NCBI GenBank assembly: GCA_037139685.1
Contig: JBAXFZ010000001.1
Location: 1 to 58,882 of the forward strand
Origin: Bacteroidota bacterium
Lineage (GTDB): Bacteria > Bacteroidota > Bacteroidia > Bacteroidales > FEN-979
Length of the DNA: 58,882 nt
Direction: 5' to 3'
Shown: one piece after another, positions 45,022 through 53,668 of the stretch
How the letters are laid out: the number at the start of each line of letters is the position of its first letter
Position numbering within the stretch: the stretch's first letter is position 1
Translations under genes and position numbers: made by a program
Notes under the pieces: generated by a model
What the model was told of the DNA's origin: nothing
Database searches by the model: none
What the model saw: only the letters and a program-made list of their open reading frames with translations

Positions 45022-45440
45022 ATTGATTAATTTAAAAAATCTGATCGACTGGCATTTGATTCTGCCCCGTTTTTGGTGGTATCTGGACTCCACTGTTCAA
45101 TGTCACGTGCAGGTGGTCAACCTTTTGGATAACCAATTATTGTTTGTATTTGTTTTGTGTATATGTTAAATTTATAAGGTCACTTTTTGAAAAAGACAAA
45201 CGAAAAGCTGCAATTCAATTCAACTTATATTTGGCATCCTGCTCATTTACCGGCAACCCGGTTCCTGGCCGGTCTGGATTAGTTTAAAATACCGTTGCAT
45301 ATCATCCTGTAACTACCCCTGGTGTGGATTATTTATCAATTTATGTACCCTGGTTATCAATACCGCCTGGAAAACTGACTCAACAAACCGGGATATACAG
45401 ACTACCGGGAAGGCGGAACAGGTTTCGGGGGATCAATCCA

Positions 45441-45472
45441 AATTCCCGGAATGATGGCTTATCAATTCCGGC
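45441..45472. promoter_or_regulatory. third, weaker ATTCCG-type direct repeat
   Basis: AATTCCCGG and AATTCCGGC are spaced 23 nt apart. Confidence 0.2.
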
Positions 45473-45563
45473 TGAACTTTGTCCTGTATGGTAAAAATAG
45501 GTATTTCGTTGATCCAATTATTATTTTTCGCCTTGAATTACCAAAGGGTTAAAAATTAGGACC

Positions 45564-45594
45564 ATTCCGTAAAAATTCGATTGGATTCCGTCAT
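45564..45594. promoter_or_regulatory. second LytTR-style direct repeat
   Basis: ATTCCGTAAA and ATTCCGTCAT are spaced 21 nt apart. The following GTCATGCAnGAAA...ATCACG also matches the 46.3-kb copy. Confidence 0.35.
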
Positions 45595-45724
45595 GCACGA
45601 AACGTATCACGGGTGTACCTGGTGAAAATCCTGTTTTGATTCCGCCCGGTTTCCGCCTTTCGATGAACTGTTATTCCCGGCGCGTCGCAACCCCCTGCAC
45701 ATTCCGGTTCAGTATTATGATCCG

Positions 45725-46141
45725 CTATTTCTTCTCAAGCAACAACATCGCGCCATCTTCATTTTTCAGGATATAAAGATCATTTTTTCCCACCACCGAT
45801 AATAGCTTAAAGGTGAAGCTTAGCTTTTTAAAGCTAAATGATATGCTGTCAAAATCCTCGTTAAATTTATAATCAACTTTTGTCGATATGCCATTGATGA
45901 CCAGGGTAAGGTTGTCCTTTTCAAAAACCATCCGGAATTTTTCAAACATAAGTCTTTTATGATCCTCGCTGAGCATCTTGGGACACAATTCACAGTAGGC
46001 TATTGTTTCCCGGTTCATCTTCTCAATGACACAGCGGGCAGTCCATTTGCCGGTCAGGTTGAACTGCCCCATACTTTTTTGTGCTGTCAGCATCGTAAAC
46101 AGCAATGCCATACCTAAAATACTGATTAACCTGGTTTTCAT
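45725..46141 (-). CDS. hypothetical small secreted protein
   Basis: The signal peptide is MKTRLISILGMALLFTMLTAQ; the track start at 46144 is GTG. It lies downstream of a LytTR-style direct repeat. Confidence 0.55.
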   Translation of the reverse strand: MKTRLISILGMALLFTMLTAQKSMGQFNLTGKWTARCVIEKMNRETIAYCELCPKMLSEDHKRLMFEKFRMVFEKDNLTLVINGISTKVDYKFNEDFDSISFSFKKLSFTFKLLSVVGKNDLYILKNEDGAMLLLEKK

Positions 46142-46277
46142 CACTAGCTGATTTATTATCGTTTATACTTGCAATACCCGATGAAATCATGTTGCTTGTA
46201 ACGGTAAAAATAGCTTAATGATTAACTGACAGTTTGTATTTTTTTTTGCAACTAGTATTGGGTAGCAACCATCATAA

Positions 46278-46309
46278 ATTCCGTCATAAAAGACTGGAAT
46301 CCCGGTCAT
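46278..46309. promoter_or_regulatory. LytTR-style direct repeat (candidate binding site) upstream of the 139-aa ORF
   Basis: ATTCCGTCAT and ATCCCGGTCAT are spaced 22 nt apart. The site lies ~150 nt upstream of ATG 46141 and just after the stop of the LytTR regulator gene. Confidence 0.35.
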
Positions 46310-46342
46310 GCAGGAAATAAATCACGATTGATTCTGATGCGT

Positions 46343-47080
46343 TTACTGCACCAGGCTGGCCAGAACGGCGCTTTTGCGGTCGCGTGCGATCTCAAGCACA
46401 GTGCCGTCGGAGAGAATCAGTTCGCGGGTGCCCTTTTGAATTTTCCTGATTTTTGATTTATTCACAAGGATACTCTGGTGGATGCGGATAAAATGGTCCA
46501 AACAGAGTTTCTGATCAAAATGGAGCAGTGTTTTCGTGGAAACGATGTTTTCAATATGGCCGTTTTCATTGCTGAAAAAGATATGGGTGTAGTTCCCGTC
46601 GGATTTGCAATATAAAATATTCTGGCAGGGGATGAAGGTATAGGCGTCCAGTTCCGAGATGCAGACACAGTGATCTTTGTTGGGGACCCCTTTCGGCAGG
46701 TTGATTTCTGCTTTCTTTGCATTGATCCGGGCGGCCACCCTGTCGACTGCTCCACGCAACTCATTTCCGTCGTAAGGTTTTAACAGGTAATCTGCTGCAT
46801 TTCTTTTGAATGCCCTCATCGCATATTGATCGAATGCGGAGATCACAATGATCTGAAAACCGATTTCAGGCAACTCTTCAAGCAATTCGAAAGTGTTGCG
46901 CTTTCCCAATTGAACATCCAGGAAAAGCAGGTCAAAGTTGGTCTCGGAAATATGCTGGACAAATCCTGCAGCTGAACGGATCGTTTTGACAACCGTTATC
47001 TCGGGACAAAATCCGTGAAGCAGATCCTGGAGGTATCTCAACTGAATCAGTTCATCTTCAACTATGATTGCTTTTATCAT
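46343..47080 (-). CDS. LytTR-family response regulator (orphan)
   Basis: The receiver domain has IIVEDE...DLLFLDVQLG. The C-terminal LytTR domain has HFIRIHQSILVNKSKIRKI. No kinase gene is adjacent. Confidence 0.85.
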   Translation of the reverse strand: MIKAIIVEDELIQLRYLQDLLHGFCPEITVVKTIRSAAGFVQHISETNFDLLFLDVQLGKRNTFELLEELPEIGFQIIVISAFDQYAMRAFKRNAADYLLKPYDGNELRGAVDRVAARINAKKAEINLPKGVPNKDHCVCISELDAYTFIPCQNILYCKSDGNYTHIFFSNENGHIENIVSTKTLLHFDQKLCLDHFIRIHQSILVNKSKIRKIQKGTRELILSDGTVLEIARDRKSAVLASLVQ

Positions 47081-47131
47081 GGGAGTAAATGTACTAAAAA
47101 TACCATTTGTTGAGATAATGTTTTGTTAAGG

Positions 47132-48358
47132 TCAATATGATTTTCTGTTTTCTTCCGGACATCCTTCAAATTCCCCCTCCCACTTGGCTATAACAGCCGT
47201 TGCCAGGCAGTTCCCGATAACGTTGACGGCCGTACGCGCCATGTCCATCAGCTCATCAATTCCCAGGATGATAAAGATCGGCCAGGCAGGAAGACCAAAA
47301 CTGGCTGCTGTTCCAAGGAGAATCACCAGCGAGGCGCGCGGAACGCCTGCCACCCCCTTACTCGTCAGCATCAGGGTTACCATCATCACCAGTTGCGTTT
47401 CGAACGAAAGGTGAACCCCGGCCATATTGGCCACAAAGATGGATGCCATAGCCAGGTAGAGGGTGGTACCGTCGAGGTTGAAGCTATAGCCCGTTGGAAT
47501 GACGAAGGCCACGATTTTCCGTGGAACACCGAACTGCTCCATGTTTTCCATGGCCCTCGGCAGCGCCGATTCGCTGCTGGTGGTGGCAAAGGCGATGGTG
47601 GCAGGTTCGGCAATGGCCCTGATGAACCTGCGGACAGGGATCTTCAGAACCAGCAGGATGGGCAGAAAGACCAGCAGGACAAAGGCTGCCAGGGCAACAT
47701 AGAGCGTGGCCAGCAACTGGAAGAGGTTGAGAAGCACGTTTAGCCCCATATGGCCTACGCTGTAGGCAATGGCAGAGAAAACGGCAAACGGGGCAAAGAG
47801 CATGATGATGTTGGTGAATTTAAACATCACGGCCGTGAGCGAAGCCGTGAAACGCAGCATGGGGGTGCGGTGCTGCTCGCTGACCAGGGCCACCGCAATG
47901 CCGAAAAGAATGCTGAATACCACTATCTGCAGCACATTCCCTTCGGCTATCGATTTGGCTATGTTCTCAGGAAAAATGTGAAGCAGAACGTCGTGCCAGT
48001 TTTGTGAATGAACCTCCGGGAGCGCCCCCTTCATCATTTCGGGCGGAACCACGACACCCATGCCCGCACCGCTTATATTGATCGCAGCCAGTCCGATAAA
48101 CAGGGCAATGGTTGAGACCAGCTCAAAATAGACCAGCGATTTCCAGCCCATCCTCCCCACCTGCTTCAGGTTTGCATGGCCTGCAATTCCTGTTACGAGC
48201 GTTCCGAACAGCAACGGGGCAATGATCGTCTTAACCAGGTGTATGAAAATCTGGCTGACCACATTCAGCTCCTTTGCAACAATGGGCAGGTCGTATCCGA
48301 ATTCGACCCCGGCAAGCATACTCAGGAATATCCATGTGGTGAGCCTCCGCTTCTTCAT
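47132..48358 (-). CDS. dicarboxylate/amino acid:cation symporter (DAACS family)
   Basis: Contains TSSESALP and IPTGYSFNLDGTTLY, which are DAACS motifs. I prefer ATG 48358 (MKKRRLTTWIFLSMLAGVEFGY); the track ORF extends to 48514. Confidence 0.87.
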   Translation of the reverse strand: MKKRRLTTWIFLSMLAGVEFGYDLPIVAKELNVVSQIFIHLVKTIIAPLLFGTLVTGIAGHANLKQVGRMGWKSLVYFELVSTIALFIGLAAINISGAGMGVVVPPEMMKGALPEVHSQNWHDVLLHIFPENIAKSIAEGNVLQIVVFSILFGIAVALVSEQHRTPMLRFTASLTAVMFKFTNIIMLFAPFAVFSAIAYSVGHMGLNVLLNLFQLLATLYVALAAFVLLVFLPILLVLKIPVRRFIRAIAEPATIAFATTSSESALPRAMENMEQFGVPRKIVAFVIPTGYSFNLDGTTLYLAMASIFVANMAGVHLSFETQLVMMVTLMLTSKGVAGVPRASLVILLGTAASFGLPAWPIFIILGIDELMDMARTAVNVIGNCLATAVIAKWEGEFEGCPEENRKSY

Positions 48359-49425
48359 GGCATAAACAAAACAGATGATCAGCGGGAACCACCTGGCCGG
48401 GGCAAGAACCAACGAAGGCAACCGGAGGTCCAGGTAATGGTTGGCCACATGAAGCGTAACAGCCAGGGTGGAAAAAATGAAAAATAATGAGAGAAGTCGT
48501 TTTGGCAGGAGCATATTCGGGGTTATGTCGGAGGTAAAGATAGATATTTGTTATAAACCGTAAAAAAAAATATGGCAATCCGTAATTTCATCAAATTATG
48601 TTATGGTTTTATTGTGTTTGGAATGGAGTTTCACCATTGTTCCCGGCTTTTGAATTTTGTTCTTCCAGCGAAGTAATCATTGTTATTTTATTGTATTTAT
48701 GATTATTAGATAATTAATACTATCGATACCGGCTGTCTCACGCATTCTGAGACACCATTTTGCCTCATTATCTGTGATTCGTTGGATCAAAGTGCGGTTT
48801 TACCCCCGGAATCCCTTCATAACACCATATTGAAACCAGGGCAGGCAGGCAATCCAACATCCCCCTGGTGTGAGGTTTTAGGCAGCAGACCTGGACGGTT
48901 TTCGCTCGTTTACCATCTTCTCATCAGGATATTAATCCATTTATCAGTTAATTTTTGCAGTAAAACAGCCATTTTCAGGCCAAATTGCGTGATGGGTATT
49001 TATCAGGACTGAATAACAATTGCCCCTCCTGATAAAAAAAAACATCTCCCGCACAGCGGGATATCAACATCCAGGGTATTATAACCGGATGAGTGCCCGG
49101 ATATGTTTGGCCGGTACACCAAAAAGCCGATCCGGAATAAAACCACCTTTTTGGAAATATTTTTTTACCAATATTACCTAAATGTATCTTTACATTTTTT
49201 TTTGCTCTGCATTCAGTTTCTCCAACACGGAAAAGGCCTTCAGCCCTAAGTTAACCCGTTTGAGTATTGACTTTTAACATTTTTATTTGTATCTTTATCC
49301 CCTATTAAGTTCCGGCGAAAAACCACGATTATCCGGAATTTTTATGCGATAACTGATTGAGTTGATATTCACCTTAACATACCGGCAATGACATTTGACC
49401 GGTGTGTATAAAAAACAGTTTTTAC

Positions 49426-51060
49426 ATGGGAATACATGGCATTTTAGGGATGGGCAACAGCAGGTTGGCCGGGAGGATTCTGCCGGCATTCTTCATGTTT
49501 TGCATTTCAACACTTCCTTTGCATGCACAAACCATCTCTGCGGGCACAGCGCTTAAAATAGGGACAGGAGCCGGCTTAACAACCGACAACGGCATGTCGG
49601 TGACCAGCGGCGGCATCCTGGATGTGCAGGGAACGCTGATCCTGAAGAAAAACCTGATGAACATGAACAGTTCGGCAAGCAATCTTGGCACAGGTCTGAT
49701 TGAACTGTCGGGGAGCGATGCACAAACGATCAGCGGGCAAAACATCATCCAGGACCTGAGAGTTAACAACCCGGCAGGGGTGGGGCTTTCGGGGGATACC
49801 TGGGTAAACGGCGTGCTCAGGTTAAAGAATGGCGTGATTTCCCTTGGATCAAGCAATCTTATGCTGGGTCCGGCCGCATCAGATTCGGGGGGGGCAGCCT
49901 CTTCGATGGTCGAGGTGACCGGGACGGGCCAGTTCAGGAAGGAGTTTACCTCCACACCGGTTTTCCCGAAGAGCTTTACCTTCCCTGTGGGAGACACCTC
50001 CGGAACTCCGGAATATTCGCCTGTAGCGGTGAATTTCACCTCCGGGACATTCAGCTCCGGCAACTATCTCGGCGTCACGCTGAAAAACCTGCCGGATCCC
50101 GATCCCGATATCGCCACGGGCGATTACCTTAGCCGTTACTGGACACTGAACAGTTCGGGCATTTCAGCCACCATCAGCTGCGGCCTGACCTTTACCTTTA
50201 CCGATGCCGATATTAACGGATCAAGGCTGAACCTCTATTGCCTCAAAACCTCCCCCTCCCTTGAAACTTTCAATGCCGCTTCGGGCAACCAGCTTACCGG
50301 GACAGTTAGCGGGTTCAGCCGGTTTACAGGTGCCGATGCCGCACTGCAGGGCAATTTTAAAGCGTTTTTACAGGGGCCCTACGACTCTGCCGCCAACCAG
50401 ATGAACAAAACGCTGGCCACAACACTGGCCCTCGGAGACCGGGCGGACCTGACGAAGTTCCCGTCTAACCAGCCCTATAACGGAAGCCCATGGTTCTACA
50501 CAGGCACCGAAAGCGTGGTCTCTCTCCCGTCGAACGTGGTCGACTGGGTGCTGGTTGACCTGCGGCAGGGCACCGCGCCGGCCAATGCCGACAGTGCCAG
50601 CACCTTCGCACGCCGTGCCGGTTTCCTTTTACAGGACGGCACCATCGTTGACCTTGACGGAACCAGCCCGCTGAAGTTCTACCATGCAACACTCACGCAC
50701 AACCTCTACCCGGTTATCAGGCACAGGAACCACATGGCCGTCATGGCGATGAATTCCGTCACCAAAGATGGCACCGGGAGCTTTACCTACGACTATTCAA
50801 CCGGCACATCCAAGGTGTGGGGCGGGGCCACCGGTGTTAAACAAATAGACCTGAACCCTTCACGCTGGGGAATGATCGCCGCCGATGCCAATGCCGACAA
50901 CAACGTTTGGAACAACGATTACACCAATTTTTACGTTCCGACCTTTTTTCTGGGCGGCCAGTACCGTCCTGCCGATTTCAACCTGGATGCAAATGTGTGG
51001 AATAACGATTATACCAACTTCTACGTCCCGAATTTTTTCATCTCCAATCCACTGCCTTAG
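49426..51060 (+). CDS. secreted surface protein with beta-helix-like N-terminal module and duplicated dockerin-like C-terminal segment
   Basis: The signal peptide ends ...FFMFCISTLPLHAQ; the track start at 49402 is GTG, with ATGs at 49426 and 49450. The segment IIQDLRVNNPAGVGLSGDTWVNGVLRLKNGVISLGSSNLMLG resembles the repeat unit of the 1604-aa protein. The C-terminus carries two copies of D.N.D..VWNNDYTNFYVP.FF. Confidence 0.7.
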   Translation: MGIHGILGMGNSRLAGRILPAFFMFCISTLPLHAQTISAGTALKIGTGAGLTTDNGMSVTSGGILDVQGTLILKKNLMNMNSSASNLGTGLIELSGSDAQTISGQNIIQDLRVNNPAGVGLSGDTWVNGVLRLKNGVISLGSSNLMLGPAASDSGGAASSMVEVTGTGQFRKEFTSTPVFPKSFTFPVGDTSGTPEYSPVAVNFTSGTFSSGNYLGVTLKNLPDPDPDIATGDYLSRYWTLNSSGISATISCGLTFTFTDADINGSRLNLYCLKTSPSLETFNAASGNQLTGTVSGFSRFTGADAALQGNFKAFLQGPYDSAANQMNKTLATTLALGDRADLTKFPSNQPYNGSPWFYTGTESVVSLPSNVVDWVLVDLRQGTAPANADSASTFARRAGFLLQDGTIVDLDGTSPLKFYHATLTHNLYPVIRHRNHMAVMAMNSVTKDGTGSFTYDYSTGTSKVWGGATGVKQIDLNPSRWGMIAADANADNNVWNNDYTNFYVPTFFLGGQYRPADFNLDANVWNNDYTNFYVPNFFISNPLP

Positions 51061-51187
51061 CTGACAAACCGAACCTGCCCGGACTGATGAATGATCCTAT
51101 GAAACTCCAATAACCAAAACCCTGACACAAACCCCGGCTGACCTCCTGACATTTCACCTGAGACGGATTTACAAAAACAGACTAACT

Positions 51188-53389
51188 ATGAAAAAAATAA
51201 TAATACCCCTTCTGCTCGCACTGATTACTATTCTGAGTGCCAAAACGATGGGTCAGCCCACCCTCACCTTTAAAATGGATAATCCGAGGATTTTCAGAAG
51301 TGGGGTACCATCCCAGAAAACAAGATTTACATTTGATGTATATATCAAAGCTTCATCAGAAAGCACATATCTCTATGCCTCTCAAATATCATTTAATGTG
51401 GCTAATAGCTCTTTTTTTACAACAAATGCTGCAAGTATTTCTGTTGATTTATCTCCTATAAATAACATTGGAGGGTATTATATAACTTCATCGAAAGGAT
51501 GGGCATCTGGCAATACGGGTTTTGGTGTTGGAATTTCAGTAGATGCTATTACTTATGATGGTAGCCTAACACAAGAAATTTGCATTCCTCTTACACAATC
51601 ATTTCAAAAAATTGTCACCATTGGAATAGAAATTACAAATCCTGCTGGGATAGCAGGAACAGCGGGAATTACATTCGATCCCATAAATATGCCTGCAGGA
51701 TCTGGTCAAGTTCAAGAATATGCGCTATTGGATGAAGTTCTAGGTAAAACTGCAGGTTACATTCCTCATAAATATGCAGCCCCAAATTCTTTTGAGGGAA
51801 GAAATTTCAGCGATATCTACATGGGCAGAATCTATTCCTCTGCCTGGGGCTGGTCGCAGTACACAACGAAGAGCGGGCAGAACACGGTGTGGACCACGGC
51901 TGTTAACACCTCGGTATGGGATACCCTGCTTGCGGCTGCAACCATCGACACGGCCGGGTCAAAGGCGATTGCCCTGAGGATTCACTCCGGGGCCAGGCTG
52001 AAGGTGAAGGTGGGCAAAGACCTGACCTGTTCGGGGGCTACCGAGATCAATGAGCCGAGGGGATTGTGGATTGCCTCTGATGCGTCGGGAACGGGTTCGT
52101 TTATCGACAACGGGACCATTAATTACAATACCGGGGGCACGGCAAAGGTTGACCGGTATTTTTCGCAGGGGATGTGGCATTACTGGAGCATGCCTGTGGC
52201 CACTTCTACAGCAGCCCCATTTGCCGGGTTATTTATGCGCTGGTACGACGAGCCTAACCACCTCTTCCAGCAAATCGTCTCGACGGGGTACACCTTCTCC
52301 CCCACCAGGGGATACCTGGTGTGGGCGGGCGGGTAAAATGCCACCATAGGAGTTACAGGATCCTTAAACACGGGTTATATGGTCACCCCGACCCTTACAT
52401 CAACGCTGATAAGTCCTGCCGTTTACGATGGTTATAACCTGATAGGCAACCCCTACCCCAGCAGCACCGACTGGAGTTCTGCCGGGTGGGTCCGCACCAA
52501 TGTGGATCCGGTAAAGTACAGCTTTAATATCAATCAATACCAGACCTATAATGCCGTTACAGGTGAAAGTACCAACGGCGGGGATAAATATGTGCGGCCC
52601 GAACAGGGATTTTTCGTACATGTGACCGACAATACCCCGGGTACGGTCTCGGTGGATAATTCAGCCCGTGTGCATACAACGGGAGCCTATAACAAGAACG
52701 CGTCCAGCATCAGCGACCAGCTTGTCCTGACCGCCACTGCCAACGGGATTGACGATGAGGCCCATGTGGTCTTCAGCAACGATGCCACGCTGAATTTTGA
52801 TCCCGAACTTGATGCCTACAAGATGACAGGATCAACGCAGACGCCCAATTTATTCAGCATGCTCCCTGCAGGTATCACTGCAGCCGTAAACTGGCTGCCC
52901 CGGACCGGCACAGGCCAGGTGGTCCCCCTGGGTTTCTCATGCGGTTTGTCTGGCATTTACATCATCACAGCCGGCAACCTTGGAAGTTTTAATGCCGGCA
53001 CCCAGATTTTCCTCGAGGATATCAGGGAAAACAACATCCAGAATTTAATGACCAACCCGGTTTACCACTTCAGCTACACGGCAGGGGAAGCGGCCGGGCG
53101 ATTCCTGCTCCATTTCTCAACTACAATGATAGGCACCGAAGATATCAGTACTGACCGGATGCAGGTATACAGCTGGGAAGATATCGTCTATGTGAAACAC
53201 CTGAATGAGGGAAATGTAAGTGGTACGGTGGTCATTTATGATCTCACCGGAAAAACTGTTTTCAGCGGGAAACTCGAAAACCAGCCTTTGAACAAATTCA
53301 GGCCTATGGTTCCCGACGGGCTTTATATGGTTAAATTACAGACTGCCCGGACATTCCATACAACCAAGGTATTTATCAGCCACAATTAA
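51188..53389 (+). pseudogene. T9SS-sorted surface protein interrupted by a single in-frame TAA (52334-52336)
   Basis: ORFs 51188-52336 and 52379-53389 are in the same frame (52379-51188=1191). Reading through the stop gives ...RGYLVWAGG*NATIGVTGSLNTGYMVTPTL...YNLIGNPYPSSTDW, a continuous conserved module. The N-terminal part has the signal peptide and the C-terminal part has the T9SS CTD (VVIYDLTGKTVFSGKL...GLYMVKLQT...KVFISHN). Confidence 0.7.
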
Positions 53390-53401
53390 CCTGAAACAGC
53401 C

Positions 53402-53662
53402 ATGAAACGATATTTTCTCAGGTTCACAATTATTTTGTCCCTACTGGTAATACCTGCCTTGTACTCCCTGGCTGACAACCCTGATTCGCCTCCGCCCGAT
53501 CCCGGCGGAGATCCCACCGGGGGAGGTACGCCCGTAGGCGCACCGATCGACAACGGCACGGCTATCCTGCTGGTATTGGGAACCTGTTACGGGACCTGGA
53601 AACTCTATAATTTAAGAAAACAGGATCCGGACAAAATCCGGCAGGGTGACGACGGGGTATGA
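53402..53662 (+). CDS. 86-aa mini-protein: signal peptide + Pro/Gly-rich linker + PID-type C-terminal sorting-signal-like tail
   Basis: The sequence reads MKRYFLRFTIILSLLVIPALYSLA / DNPDSPPPDPGGDPTGGGTPVG / APIDNGTAILLVLGTCYGTWKLYNLRKQ. The last part is motif + TM + basic residues. Confidence 0.6.
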   Translation: MKRYFLRFTIILSLLVIPALYSLADNPDSPPPDPGGDPTGGGTPVGAPIDNGTAILLVLGTCYGTWKLYNLRKQDPDKIRQGDDGV

Positions 53663-53668
53663 ACCGGC

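Noticed and set aside
48359-48514. A 52-codon N-terminal extension of the DAACS transporter in the track ORF. Similar TTG/GTG or upstream-ATG extensions occur for nuoB, nuoE, nuoJ, nuoL, Hpt, the bEBP, DUF1697, the giant protein, cluster gene A and others.
   Set aside because: The internal ATGs give canonical N-termini or signal peptides, and several of the extensions run into repeat arrays or the upstream gene. Start assignments remain provisional.
52334-52336. I considered whether TAA is recoded as a sense codon (an alternative genetic code).
   Set aside because: TAA cleanly terminates other well-defined genes here, for example nuoI at 5350-5352 and nuoA at 12696-12698. A nonsense mutation or a sequencing error is more parsimonious.
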